From: a virus
Lineage: Duplodnaviria; Caudoviricetes
Direction: 5' to 3' (one strand)
Virus record (IMG/VR): IMGVR_UViG_3300044511_000209
Location: 1,676 to 65,675 of that record
DNA length: 64,000 bases
Positions 19,100 through 28,904 of the stretch are shown here, in pieces (within the stretch, counting starts at the first letter, position 1; each line of letters opens with the position of its first letter). Below the pieces are notes generated by a model. The model did no database searches and was not told the DNA's origin. It worked only from the letters and a program-made list of their open reading frames with translations. Made by a program: the position numbers and the translations under genes.

Positions 19100-20292
19100 C
19101 GGTTAATGATACTTGGAGCTTGTGCTGATGTCAATAAATAAAAATACTCAAATTCCCGCCAAAACGCGGGCGTATCCAAAATGGGTAGCGGGTCAACAAT
19201 ATCGAAAGATGGCACGCTCAAATCGGCCTCCATTGCGGCGCGGCTAGGGAAGATTTTACCATTAGAAAGTATCAATTTGCCCGTTTTATAGAAAAGTGAC
19301 CCCTTTTGTCTATATTGGTTAATTTCTTCTTCGGTTGGAAATCGTTTCTTAAAAATGATACCATAATCCATATAATACATCTTGTATTTTTCAAGCGTTT
19401 TATCGTCCGCGCATGAAAACAGGGTAAATTTCACCCCCAATTCTTGCATTTTGGCGACAAATTCGGGGTTATGATTATCGTCCAATTGATAAACAATATG
19501 GCTAATGTTATTCTTAAAGGAGCGTAGAATATCCAAATGCAGCGGCCTATCCGTAACAATGCTGCAATTATTCTTACTTAATTGACCCGCCAAATTATTT
19601 TCATTGAATAAATAATCCATCCGCATAATGAGTGATTGGATGCCAATAGAGCTAATATCTACCACTTGATTTGGCACCGCTTCCAGCACAAAATTCAAAT
19701 AGGCGTCTCCCCAACATAGTGTCTTGTATGGATAGTGATAATCAATACCCAACAATTGCAGCACCGAAGAAGCAATAAGTTCGGGGGGTATGGTATTAAT
19801 CGTTTTGGGCACCTCATCAAAAGCGTGAGAGGGTTTGGTGCCGTTACGAGCCGGTTCCAATAAAACGTGGTTAGCGGAATTTCCCCAAAACGGGCGCACA
19901 TTATTAACGTGGGAATTGGAATATAACCCAACCACTTTTTTATCATACGCACCCGCAAAATGAATGGGAAAACTATCAACCCCGCAATGAAGAAGGGTAT
20001 TTTGCAGGATATATGCGACTTGGTTGATATTGGTCTGCCCGTTCGTGATATACGCGCGCTTTAAAAAGCGGCTGCTTTTGTCACCTAATTGCACAACCTG
20101 TATTCCCGCGCGACCCAAGGGGGTTCCAATAATATCAATTACGTCCTGCCCGAAATCGTAGGTTTTCGCAGGTTTGCTATTGAAATGCACCGTGATATAC
20201 TTATCCACGGCGAGCGGAAAATATTTGGGCAAAATGAATGGCTTGTCAACTTTTGCACCGCTAGACACCGCATATCGTTCGATTAGATGCAC
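19096..20292 (-). CDS. GT9-like glycosyltransferase with extra C-terminal domain
   Basis: VVQLG, HCGVDSFPIHFAGAYDKKVVGLY heptosyltransferase-type motif. Confidence 0.75.
   Translation of the reverse strand: MHLIERYAVSSGAKVDKPFILPKYFPLAVDKYITVHFNSKPAKTYDFGQDVIDIIGTPLGRAGIQVVQLGDKSSRFLKRAYITNGQTNINQVAYILQNTLLHCGVDSFPIHFAGAYDKKVVGLYSNSHVNNVRPFWGNSANHVLLEPARNGTKPSHAFDEVPKTINTIPPELIASSVLQLLGIDYHYPYKTLCWGDAYLNFVLEAVPNQVVDISSIGIQSLIMRMDYLFNENNLAGQLSKNNCSIVTDRPLHLDILRSFKNNISHIVYQLDDNHNPEFVAKMQELGVKFTLFSCADDKTLEKYKMYYMDYGIIFKKRFPTEEEINQYRQKGSLFYKTGKLILSNGKIFPSRAAMEADLSVPSFDIVDPLPILDTPAFWREFEYFYLLTSAQAPSIINR
19106..19134 (-). promoter_or_regulatory. sigma70-type promoter, near-leaderless
   Basis: TTGACA-17-TATCAT, then 6 nt to ATG (19099). 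Confidence 0.75.
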
Positions 20293-20303
20293 AAGATTTT
20301 CCT

Positions 20304-20765
20304 TTAGGTTTCTACGCCCTGAATATCGAAAGCTATCTTATCTTTACCGTTTTGACAATAATCTATCAATCTCTGCGTCCCAAAATAGGGATGAAAGGCA
20401 ATCTCAACGTATCCTTTATTGTTGCCCGCGCCCGTAAGAAAGAAATGGTTGTCCATTTGTGGGGTATACGGAATAACCTTATCCACGAGGGTATTACCGT
20501 CAAATATCTCGAAATATTCCGGTTTCGTGGCGAAATACAGCTTACACCAAGGGTATGTTTCTTTAAGGCTTTTTAAGAGCGCGGTGCACAAAAACACATC
20601 CCCGATGGATTCAGGCATGATAAAGAGAATGATTTTGCCCCTATCCTCTTCATTAAACAGGGCGTCAAACGGGATAGGGTTTTGCTTGGCTAATTCTTGC
20701 CGCGCCACATTCCTGAAATATTCGAGAATCTTATCTCGTTTGGCTTGTTTGTCGGGTGTAATCAT
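20304..20765 (-). CDS. GT9 N-terminal-like domain protein
   Basis: ESIGDVFLCTALLKSLKETYP...ATKPEYFEIFDGNTLVDKVI. Confidence 0.7.
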   Translation of the reverse strand: MITPDKQAKRDKILEYFRNVARQELAKQNPIPFDALFNEEDRGKIILFIMPESIGDVFLCTALLKSLKETYPWCKLYFATKPEYFEIFDGNTLVDKVIPYTPQMDNHFFLTGAGNNKGYVEIAFHPYFGTQRLIDYCQNGKDKIAFDIQGVET

Positions 20766-22291
20766 ACTAATTGTTTCATCCAGTTGTTAAAACCTTCTTG
20801 GTCCGGCTCGCGCCCTAGAACGTTTCGATATAAAAGTGTTACCCATTCGGCGTCATTTTCCACATCGGAAATAACAGCTTCGGGATTGGCTTTCGGAACA
20901 TCAAACGTAACGTTCTCATCGAGAAATGGGGCGGCATCAATGAACTTTTCAAACTCTAAACCGATACTATCGAGAGCGTAATTCTTAATCGTCCATTCAC
21001 GCGCCTGTTCTCCCATTTCGCGGCGTTTGAGTTGCGGCATGTCGTAAACTTTGTTGAGTTGTTTGGCGATGGAACTAGGCAATGTGGACGCCTTTCTAAA
21101 TTCCGTGCCATGTTCCCTATATTCAGACCAATCAAGCGGAAGGGATGCGGCCCCTTCCATACACGCTTCTTCACCACAACTATAATTGGTAACAGCAGTA
21201 ATAAGCCCCGTCAGCTTCGCTTCCATAATAGTTAATTCCTGTCCGCCGGATGAAATACAGCAAAATTCCATATCCATAAAGTTATAAATCTCATTCAACT
21301 GCCGCTCATCCACTCCAAAATGAACACTAGGAGTCACCAAGCTATCTTGAGCGCCACAATACTTGCAGGGCTTATCGTGGATTTTCAAAGGCTGGGAAGC
21401 GTCCGTCCTATCATCATAGGATTTAATTTGATACCTCTTACAATTCTTGCAAATATAGGTAAGAAGAATTTCCTTATGGTTGATGCCATACTCACCGACA
21501 AGGCGGGGGATATTCCAGCCTTCAACCATTGACGTATGAAACAAAAGATAAGTATTCTTTAGGGTCGGACGGTTCTGTTTCCAGAGCTTATAACCCTCCA
21601 ATAGATTTGGTACGGATTTTCTTAATTGATTCCGAAACACAAAACCACCGATAAAGGCATTCTGTTCAATATTATTTTCCTTGCGTAAGGCCGCGCGCTC
21701 CGCGTCGGCAAGGCGTTTAAAATTCGATACATCCATCGGTCCGTGCATGGTTTGGACGTGTTTATGTCCTAAACGGTGCATTTCCTTTGTTGCGAAGGAA
21801 CTCCACATCCAATAGTTTTTGATTTTCGGGGCGTTTTCAACCGCGTATGGAAGCAGGGGGAGGGAATCTAAAGTTGTCCATATGACACAGGTGGGCTTAT
21901 TCCACCATCCGACATTAAAAGAATTGAACGCCCAAATGTCCTGAGCGCCGATATAAATGTCCGGGCGCTCATCGTGAATAACCTTATCTATGAATACCTG
22001 ACCATACGAAAGATTACGAAGGTGAATTTCCCTTTCTGGTGGCGGAAATTGACTTACCCAATTGTCAATTTCGGACTGGGTGGAAAAAATAGTCCCGATG
22101 GAACGCCAAGGGGTTCTTTGTAAATCGGGGTGGGAAGCGGGCGACCCACAGCAATAATGCACCAAATCATATTTGCCAGTCTTATAGAGATAAGACAGAA
22201 TATTACGGGAAATCTTTCCAAAGCCGGTTTTAGCTATGGCGGAATCCGAGTGATATAAGACCTTCTTTTTGCGCATCCGTCTTATTATCAA
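20762..22291 (-). CDS. GT4 (GT-B) glycosyltransferase with zinc-ribbon insert and DUF4214-like tail
   Basis: KTGFGK, FRNQLRK, GGQELTIMEAKLTG; CKNC..CKYC insert; LYRNVLGREPDQEG...W. Confidence 0.8.
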   Translation of the reverse strand: MIIRRMRKKKVLYHSDSAIAKTGFGKISRNILSYLYKTGKYDLVHYCCGSPASHPDLQRTPWRSIGTIFSTQSEIDNWVSQFPPPEREIHLRNLSYGQVFIDKVIHDERPDIYIGAQDIWAFNSFNVGWWNKPTCVIWTTLDSLPLLPYAVENAPKIKNYWMWSSFATKEMHRLGHKHVQTMHGPMDVSNFKRLADAERAALRKENNIEQNAFIGGFVFRNQLRKSVPNLLEGYKLWKQNRPTLKNTYLLFHTSMVEGWNIPRLVGEYGINHKEILLTYICKNCKRYQIKSYDDRTDASQPLKIHDKPCKYCGAQDSLVTPSVHFGVDERQLNEIYNFMDMEFCCISSGGQELTIMEAKLTGLITAVTNYSCGEEACMEGAASLPLDWSEYREHGTEFRKASTLPSSIAKQLNKVYDMPQLKRREMGEQAREWTIKNYALDSIGLEFEKFIDAAPFLDENVTFDVPKANPEAVISDVENDAEWVTLLYRNVLGREPDQEGFNNWMKQLV

Positions 22292-22308
22292 CGACGGAGG
22301 AAAATTGT

Positions 22309-22893
22309 CTAAATTAAATCCGAAGTATCGCCAACAGGTTCGGAATTAGATTCTTGGCTCGAATCGGAAGGTTCTGACGGGGGCGCATCCTGTTGTTCTC
22401 GCTGTTTCGCAAATTCGAGTGCCCTCTTCTTGTCAAGACTATAATCGGCGCTAAAAATATGATTGAGCGCAAAACGCAGATATTCCAACAGGCGCTCGGC
22501 GGAATCCAATGAAAAACCAACCTTCACGACATTTTCCGGGTTACTTCCCACTGTTTGTTTCACGGTCAAACCAAAACCCTCACGCGCCTTATCCCCCTCT
22601 TGTTTTGGTTCGATTTTATAATGAGTAAAATGAATGGCGGTATTAGTGTCCTTAAATTTATGATAAAAGTTTGCGTTATTACGTGTTCGTACCGCCCGGA
22701 TGATGCCAGCCGCCTCGTCCTCAGATAGTTTCAAATTAATCGGATGTTGCCCATCAAAATTGCCCTTCTTGGATGGATTATTAGCGATTTGCTTCAATAG
22801 TTTGAAAAATACCGCACCGTCTTTGGATGAGAAGGAGACGAAGAGTGCGCCGCCAGTAACGCGGGTGTTCGGAGCGAAGTAACAAGATGCCAT
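22309..22893 (-). CDS. Whirly/PC4-like single-stranded DNA-binding protein
   Basis: GGAL..S...DGAVFF...FD...LKLSEDEA...FYH resembles Whirly; acidic tail ending DTSDLI; adjacent to dnaE. Confidence 0.5.
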   Translation of the reverse strand: MASCYFAPNTRVTGGALFVSFSSKDGAVFFKLLKQIANNPSKKGNFDGQHPINLKLSEDEAAGIIRAVRTRNNANFYHKFKDTNTAIHFTHYKIEPKQEGDKAREGFGLTVKQTVGSNPENVVKVGFSLDSAERLLEYLRFALNHIFSADYSLDKKRALEFAKQREQQDAPPSEPSDSSQESNSEPVGDTSDLI

Positions 22894-22904
22894 ATATTAT
22901 TATG

Positions 22905-22933
22905 ATAATACGCTAAAGTTGTTCAAATGTCAA
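22905..22933 (-). promoter_or_regulatory. sigma70-type promoter
   Basis: TTGACA-17-TATTAT, then 11 nt to ATG (22893). Confidence 0.7.
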
Positions 22934-22941
22934 GAAGAAAC

Positions 22942-25536
22942 TTAAACTTCTTTGTCACCTGTTTCGGCCAAATCTTTACCCCTATCCTTCAATTGGGATA
23001 CCTTGTCGAATACCTCACAAGGCTGGATTCCAATAGCCCGTGCGAACACAATGTCGGCTCCCTTTGACCCACGACAGATAATAATGTCTCCCACGGCGGG
23101 CTTTCTTCCGTTATTCTCAATGCTATCCCCAATATTATCACGTCCCACGCTATTCGTAAGGAGGATATTGGTCTGCCCGGTGCCATCCTTAACAAATAGC
23201 TTCCAATAGGCGTTCTTCTTTTCCTTGCTGACGCCCTCCTTAAATTCAACGATTTCCCCAGCAAAATGCACCGCTTCTCGTTCGGCGGTCTTGTTTACCA
23301 CGTCATGAATTGTAACTAAATCGCCACAAAAACGCTGGAAAATATCTCGCAAATTACATGAATACGAAAAGCCGAGCAGCCTGTTTTCAAAGACATAATT
23401 TGTCAGTAATTCATTTTTACGGTTTAGGTTATAAATATCCAAATAAGGTTGAAAATACTTCTTTATAGTTTCATAACGGGATGGCTTAACTACAGGCTTA
23501 CCCTTTAGATTCAGAGCTTGTTCGCGCACGTATCGGAACGTATCAAGCAAATCCCACGAATAAGTCGGGCCATACTTGAAACATTGTTCTTTTTCTTTTT
23601 GAGTTAAAATGTTCCAAAGCCCGGCCTCCATTGATAAGCGGCTACGATTAGTGGCCGAGGCATCATCTAAACAACCAGAGAATATCAGGGCGTTCAGAAT
23701 AGAAATGCTTAATCCCGCATCCTCGGCGGCTTGAAAGATGTCAAACTTGCTGGAATATTCATGCTTGAAATTGTTAAGCTTTTCAAGTGTCTTTTCTGCT
23801 ACCCCCTTGATGGCTCTGAGCGGATATCGGATATTCGCGCCCTCGGGTTGAAAATCTTGTCCTGATTTGATGATGTGTGGGGGGAGTAACTTTATACCGA
23901 AATGACTTAGTTCGGACTGAATCAGTGAAATTTCCTCGATGGGGGCGGCAAGTTCGCGGGTTGCCTTAAGACAGGCAATGTAGAATTGTTGGGGATACTT
24001 GTATTTGAGGTATATGGTTAACGCCCCGGTATAAGAAACGCTTAAGCTGTGCGTCGAGTTGAATGAATATTTTGCCGAGTCATCCAATACTTTCCATAGT
24101 GCGTTACCTACTGATTCATCATATCCGTTGGCACGACATGATTGATAAACCCGTTCCTTCCATTTCTTTACTTCCGAAACCTCCTTTTTGCCCACTATTT
24201 TGCGGCACCTTTCTGCGTCCTCACCAGAAAACCCGACCTTCATCAAGAGGCGCATCATTTGTTCCTGATACAAACAAAGAAAGCGTGTTGGCTTTAAGAT
24301 ATCCGTAAAGGCATTATTAACTGGTTTGGAACTATTGTTCACATAATCTGCTAAATAAGACAAAGCACCCGGACGAGCTATGGCGTTTGCATCTGATAGT
24401 TCATTAATGTTTTTGGGTTTAATGGCGGCTGTCACCCTAAACATACAGTCGGCGGAAATTTGATACAACCCATAAGGCAATAATTTACCCGTTTGAAATT
24501 GGTCATAAATCAACGGGTTTACGTCCAGTTCAATATCCTCCACCTTTTCTGGAATGTTATCAAGCACATCCTTAATGATGCCGTTGCTGGTGAGGCCGAG
24601 CAAATCCAATTTTAGCGCAATTTTGGCTGCGTCCTTCATTTCGAAGGAAACTGTAATTTCCTTGTCTTTGTTTAACTCTATCGGAATATTGCCATCTAGC
24701 GCGTCAAACGAGATTAGATAGCCGCTTGCGTGGCTTGTTTTTTGGCGAATAACGTCGCGTAGTTTAAGCGCGATACCAAATGTTTCGGGGTGCTTCTTGA
24801 CCCACTCGGCAAAATCCTTGCTCTTCTCTGGCATCTTTTCGATATCTTCGACGATACCAAAATGTTTCTCAACTGTGTCAGCAACCCTTTTAGCCTCATC
24901 CTCATTAACCTCATCCACGGCTTTAAATACGTCCTTAACAAGAATTTTGCCAGTAAAGGTGCTAAGTGCTGCAATCTTAGCGATTCGACCCTGATACAGT
25001 TGATAAAGCCATTGCACGACGCTGGGCCGGACGGGGCCAATGTTGATATCTACGTCGGGAGCCAAATCACCCTGCACGTAAGTTACCCCGTTCATCTCTC
25101 GTTTATTAGCGCGCACCCGGCTGATAAAACGCTCTAAAATAAGGTTCTTTTGAATGGGGTCAATACCAGTAACGCCTATTAAATAGAAAATAAGGCTTGC
25201 CCCTGCGCTTCCACGCCCATAATCAATAAAAGTGCCTAATTCGCGAGCCTTATTAATAACCATCCAAACCAGAAGAAAATAGTCAACAAAGCCCAGTTCT
25301 TGAATTAAGGCCAATTCCTTTTCTATACGCTCAAAATACTCGGAGAGCCTATCCTTGGGAATGGTGGGCATTTTCTTATCCAAACCCTGTTTGATTAAAT
25401 GGGACAGAAAATCAACGTGCGAGGTATTTTCGGGTAATCCGGCGTATAAAAGCCATTTTGTATCCAATTCAACTGTAGGAAGGCGAACCCAATTTAATAG
25501 AGGGAACTGGTATGGCTCAAATTGCTCAACAAACAT
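22942..25536 (-). CDS. dnaE: DNA polymerase III alpha subunit lacking the PHP domain
   Basis: GFVDYFL, GRGSAGASL, IDP, PDVDI, HASG, KLDLLGL, YQEQMM, YSFNSTHS, HhH IKGVAE, C-terminal OB fold. Confidence 0.95.
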   Translation of the reverse strand: MFVEQFEPYQFPLLNWVRLPTVELDTKWLLYAGLPENTSHVDFLSHLIKQGLDKKMPTIPKDRLSEYFERIEKELALIQELGFVDYFLLVWMVINKARELGTFIDYGRGSAGASLIFYLIGVTGIDPIQKNLILERFISRVRANKREMNGVTYVQGDLAPDVDINIGPVRPSVVQWLYQLYQGRIAKIAALSTFTGKILVKDVFKAVDEVNEDEAKRVADTVEKHFGIVEDIEKMPEKSKDFAEWVKKHPETFGIALKLRDVIRQKTSHASGYLISFDALDGNIPIELNKDKEITVSFEMKDAAKIALKLDLLGLTSNGIIKDVLDNIPEKVEDIELDVNPLIYDQFQTGKLLPYGLYQISADCMFRVTAAIKPKNINELSDANAIARPGALSYLADYVNNSSKPVNNAFTDILKPTRFLCLYQEQMMRLLMKVGFSGEDAERCRKIVGKKEVSEVKKWKERVYQSCRANGYDESVGNALWKVLDDSAKYSFNSTHSLSVSYTGALTIYLKYKYPQQFYIACLKATRELAAPIEEISLIQSELSHFGIKLLPPHIIKSGQDFQPEGANIRYPLRAIKGVAEKTLEKLNNFKHEYSSKFDIFQAAEDAGLSISILNALIFSGCLDDASATNRSRLSMEAGLWNILTQKEKEQCFKYGPTYSWDLLDTFRYVREQALNLKGKPVVKPSRYETIKKYFQPYLDIYNLNRKNELLTNYVFENRLLGFSYSCNLRDIFQRFCGDLVTIHDVVNKTAEREAVHFAGEIVEFKEGVSKEKKNAYWKLFVKDGTGQTNILLTNSVGRDNIGDSIENNGRKPAVGDIIICRGSKGADIVFARAIGIQPCEVFDKVSQLKDRGKDLAETGDKEV

Positions 25537-25545
25537 CGTTGAATT

Positions 25546-25574
25546 ATGATACGCAAACCTTGGATTTTCGTCAA
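25546..25574 (-). promoter_or_regulatory. sigma70-type promoter of dnaE
   Basis: TTGACG-17-TATCAT, then 9 nt to ATG (25536). Confidence 0.7.
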
Positions 25575-25600
25575 TAGAAAGGTTTTAGCCCATTTTTTAA

Positions 25601-25606
25601 GTGTAA
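25601..25606 (+). promoter_or_regulatory. GTGTAA motif
   Basis: 22 nt before the ATG at 25629 of a two-gene plus-strand unit. Confidence 0.5.
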
Positions 25607-25628
25607 AGAAAAGTGAAATTTTACTCCT

Positions 25629-26042
25629 ATGCCCATCTCAATTCAAGAATATAGCGGCGTTGGTCGAATAAGCTCCTTAAACCCCGTCCTGAACTATCTA
25701 TTTGACGATGCGCTCGGTAGTGGTGTTCTTCGAGCGGTTAAACCATCAGACTTGGCGGCTACATCTATAACCATCAGTAATGCAACTATTAGCGGCACCA
25801 ATGGTAATTGTCTGCAAGCGAACACCGCGCGGCGCGATTTTTATGTCCAAAATTTGGGCACTGGTAATCCACTCTTCCTCAAATTCGGTAGCGCCGCCTC
25901 CAACACATCATTTAGCGTCGCCCTTAAACCGGGTAACGTTGCGGATGATGGTATTGGCGCTTACATTTCTGATGATGTTTGGAAAGGCGTAATTAGTGTA
26001 AGTGGTGTCACGCCCCGTTATATCGCTTGGGAAAGAAGTTAG
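25629..26042 (+). CDS. Small beta-rich putative virion protein
   Basis: ANTARRDFYVQNLGTGNPLFLKFGSAAS; S/T/G-rich. Confidence 0.65.
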   Translation: MPISIQEYSGVGRISSLNPVLNYLFDDALGSGVLRAVKPSDLAATSITISNATISGTNGNCLQANTARRDFYVQNLGTGNPLFLKFGSAASNTSFSVALKPGNVADDGIGAYISDDVWKGVISVSGVTPRYIAWERS

Positions 26043-26045
26043 GAT

Positions 26046-26444
26046 ATGGGCTTAAACATCGGACAACCTGAAACAGTTCATTCGAGCCTGTATGGACGGC
26101 GTATTGCCTATAAGAACAGCGTAGCGGCGCAGACGGTGGGCAACACCGCGCTAACCTTTGAGGCGGGTTTAAGCCTAAATAATGCCGTGCCTAGCTTTGC
26201 GCTGGTAAAGTATCACAATGGCACCTTCGATTCGGCCTCAATAACAGTAGATATTGGGTCAAATGCCTTGTGCCCGGCAAGTTCATTGGTGGGCTTGGCG
26301 GCGGGCACAGTTGCTATATTGAACCTATCGGCAACCGTGGATATTGTAACATTAACCGATACTCTTCAAGTTAATGTTGCCGTTGGAAATAGCTCTGGCT
26401 CCGCGTTTGATATTGACGTGTTTGGCTTTGTTTACGCCAGCTAA
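26046..26444 (+). CDS. Small beta-rich putative virion protein
   Basis: 132 aa, A/S/T/V-rich, cotranscribed with the previous gene. Confidence 0.6.
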   Translation: MGLNIGQPETVHSSLYGRRIAYKNSVAAQTVGNTALTFEAGLSLNNAVPSFALVKYHNGTFDSASITVDIGSNALCPASSLVGLAAGTVAILNLSATVDIVTLTDTLQVNVAVGNSSGSAFDIDVFGFVYAS

Positions 26445-26448
26445 ACCG

Positions 26449-27051
26449 TTAACGCGCGTCTGGTTTGCGATGAATTTCTCCGGGTCGTAGTTCATGAAAA
26501 ACCCATTCCTGTTCTTGGGATTCGCTACCCCCTTTACCCGCGTTTTTATCGTTGCCTTTTGATTTGCCAGCCTTCCCGTTTTGACCGTTTGCGCTAGCGG
26601 TGCCTTTGACTAGCTTTCCACGCGCAATCTGACCCTGACGAATTTTCGGTATGACTTCCCGTTCCAACTGCTCATGTAATTTACGGTTATAGCGCATTTC
26701 GAAAGCCCTCGGCTGTGGAATCGATACCCCCTTGTAACCAAAGAATTTGAGGAACGGATTTAATTGGGGCTTTTCGGAGGTTTCCAACCATAGATAAATC
26801 TTGCCGGGAAAATCCATCGATTTGTTTGGCTCTTTGATGATTACCGCGTGGATATTTACCATTTGTGGTAATTCTCGTTCAAGCGCGGGCCAACCCAAGA
26901 AGGAGTGCGAAGTGAGCCAAAAGATAACCGTAAATAAGCAAAACGCAGAAATGCAAGATACCTTGAAATACCAGCGCACTTTTGATTCCGTTAGTAACCA
27001 GAAGGTTAAGCCCCCGAAAACCAACATGAGGATTGGAAAAGCTAAATTCAT
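26449..27051 (-). CDS. Two-TM membrane protein of the MotA/ExbB module
   Basis: Two N-terminal hydrophobic helices, LGWP, IKEP, IYLWL, PRAF, G/K-rich tail. Confidence 0.7.
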   Translation of the reverse strand: MNLAFPILMLVFGGLTFWLLTESKVRWYFKVSCISAFCLFTVIFWLTSHSFLGWPALERELPQMVNIHAVIIKEPNKSMDFPGKIYLWLETSEKPQLNPFLKFFGYKGVSIPQPRAFEMRYNRKLHEQLEREVIPKIRQGQIARGKLVKGTASANGQNGKAGKSKGNDKNAGKGGSESQEQEWVFHELRPGEIHRKPDAR

Positions 27052-27055
27052 AGGT

Positions 27056-27643
27056 TTAGTAGGGACGGGTCAAAATGATGGGTAATTCGCTAATTTCCGT
27101 AATATTACCTTGCTTGTCGGTCTTAAAGCGAAAAAACGTCTTTTCCTCACCCGTAAAGGAAAGAAGCTTTTCCTTGATAATAATTTCTTGGTATGGCTTT
27201 ATTTTGATTAGTTTAACCATGACTTTCGTGGGGCTTTTATCTACCTTTAGGTAGGTATGAACATTAACAATGTTTTCGCCCTCAACAACGCCCCTAAACG
27301 ATACAACCTCTTCGTTCATATTGGCAACTACGCCGTTTTCGTCTGGGATGTTATTATTTCGGGCTCGGCCCAACGCATCATGGTTAAGAGATACTAAACT
27401 ACCTTGCCCACCCTCCCGGTTATTAAAGCTGACAATATGACCCGATGCGGCCTTAACCCATAAATCATGGTCGTCGTCGCTTTCCCCATCCCACGTTAAA
27501 ATAACCTGATATAGCACGTTGGGAAGTGGTGCTTTCTGGCTTTTATCCTCTGTTTTCAAGAGGAACAGAATAGCAATTAGCATCAGGAGGCAACAGAAAA
27601 GACTATCAATAAACGGCGTAAAGGAAAAATAGCGGCGGCGCAT
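27056..27643 (-). CDS. ExbD/MotB-like single-TM protein with YfaP/DUF2135-like domain
   Basis: FTPFIDSLFCCLLMLIAIL TM with Asp; LTWDGESDDDHDLWV; NEEVVSFRG. Confidence 0.7.
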   Translation of the reverse strand: MRRRYFSFTPFIDSLFCCLLMLIAILFLLKTEDKSQKAPLPNVLYQVILTWDGESDDDHDLWVKAASGHIVSFNNREGGQGSLVSLNHDALGRARNNNIPDENGVVANMNEEVVSFRGVVEGENIVNVHTYLKVDKSPTKVMVKLIKIKPYQEIIIKEKLLSFTGEEKTFFRFKTDKQGNITEISELPIILTRPY

Positions 27644-27654
27644 ATTGGATGATG

Positions 27655-28116
27655 TTATTTTTCCGACGCGCCCTTTAGTATCATCAATTGAATCTGCACG
27701 GGAAGGCTAAAGACGATGCCAAAAATAGTCGTGAAAAATGCGGTGTTTAACCCTGATTTCATACCGCCAACCATTTGGGTAAGCGAGTTAGTATCGTTCA
27801 AACTTGTTTGTGTAGCCATACACAAGCCAATTAGGGTGCCAAGTAGCCCAAGTGTAAAGAAATGTTCGGCGAAAAACCAACCCGTTTCAAGTCCCTTATC
27901 CACAACCTTGCGTTCTCCGCTGTCAATCATCTTATCCACCGAATAGGAAAGGCGTCCCAAAAATGCAGATATACCAATATACAATAGCATGATTAAAACG
28001 CAAATATAGGAAGAATCATTCTTTATCATCATGGAAAGCATCCCACGTTGCTCGGCAAGAACGCAAGCGGTAGCAAAGACCGAATTTAGAAGAAACCATT
28101 TAGTGAATGTGTTCAT
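27655..28116 (-). CDS. MotA/TolQ/ExbB proton channel family protein
   Basis: LGLLGTLIGL and GLNTAFFTTIFGIV helices. Confidence 0.85.
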   Translation of the reverse strand: MNTFTKWFLLNSVFATACVLAEQRGMLSMMIKNDSSYICVLIMLLYIGISAFLGRLSYSVDKMIDSGERKVVDKGLETGWFFAEHFFTLGLLGTLIGLCMATQTSLNDTNSLTQMVGGMKSGLNTAFFTTIFGIVFSLPVQIQLMILKGASEK

Positions 28117-28876
28117 ATCGTTTATGCGCCGGTAATCCTCGCAAATCCCTCAGTGTTCCGCCCATTTCTGAGCCGGTAAAATCATGCACATAAAAATATG
28201 GGGGCAAAATCCCAGCATCATGCGCGGCCTTTTCCAGTAATAAATGATAAGGCTTTTCGACGCTATTTTCCACTTTTTCGGGAAAAAGATTCGTATAGGC
28301 CACATGATAGGCATAATCGAAATAAAGCTCGATAGTCATGTTAATCTTGTGGCGCACCAATTGTTCCTGCCCAATGTTCTTAGCGTGTTCCCACTCGTGA
28401 ATGAGAACGCTGGCAAAATCCCTCATTTTATTCAAGTCTCGCGTGTCCGTGGGTTTGATTTCCTTGGCCACCGCAACATAAGCGTTCCAAGGGGTTAATT
28501 TCCCACGAAATACGGTCATGCCCAAAAGTCCGGGATTCTTCGTGAGCATATCGTCCGACCAATACAAATTCTGAAAATTCATGTCGTATTTGTCGCCCGT
28601 AAGATTCTCAACGAATCGAACGGCTAGAATTGCCAGTTTGGTGTCCTCGGCGCTAAATGGACGCCCAAAGGTAAAATCCACATCTTGAAAATCACCCAAT
28701 TCCTCCCCCTTAGCCAACACTATATCCCCGAAAGGCTTACCAGAAATGGAGGGGAATTGAATCTGATGGATACGAAGGGGCTCCTGAACGATTATGGTTT
28801 CCTTGTTAAGATAACCGATTCCTAAGACAAGAGCAACAATCCACCCGAGGATGGCAAGGTAGCGTCGTGCACCCAC
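28100..28876 (-). CDS. Membrane-anchored putative zinc metallopeptidase
   Basis: N-terminal signal/TM helix; VLIHEWEHA (HExxH); GTG start. Confidence 0.55.
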   Translation of the reverse strand: MGARRYLAILGWIVALVLGIGYLNKETIIVQEPLRIHQIQFPSISGKPFGDIVLAKGEELGDFQDVDFTFGRPFSAEDTKLAILAVRFVENLTGDKYDMNFQNLYWSDDMLTKNPGLLGMTVFRGKLTPWNAYVAVAKEIKPTDTRDLNKMRDFASVLIHEWEHAKNIGQEQLVRHKINMTIELYFDYAYHVAYTNLFPEKVENSVEKPYHLLLEKAAHDAGILPPYFYVHDFTGSEMGGTLRDLRGLPAHKRYEHIH

Positions 28877-28884
28877 ATAAAAAA

Positions 28885-28890
28885 TTACAC
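28885..28890 (-). promoter_or_regulatory. GTGTAA motif
   Basis: 8 nt before the start at 28876, in a 28-nt gap. Confidence 0.5.
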
Positions 28891-28904
28891 GAATTTTGCA
28901 CGAA

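Noticed and set aside
27056-28116. Zorya defence system
   Set aside because: No long ZorA tail, no OmpA-like ZorB domain and no ZorC/D/E
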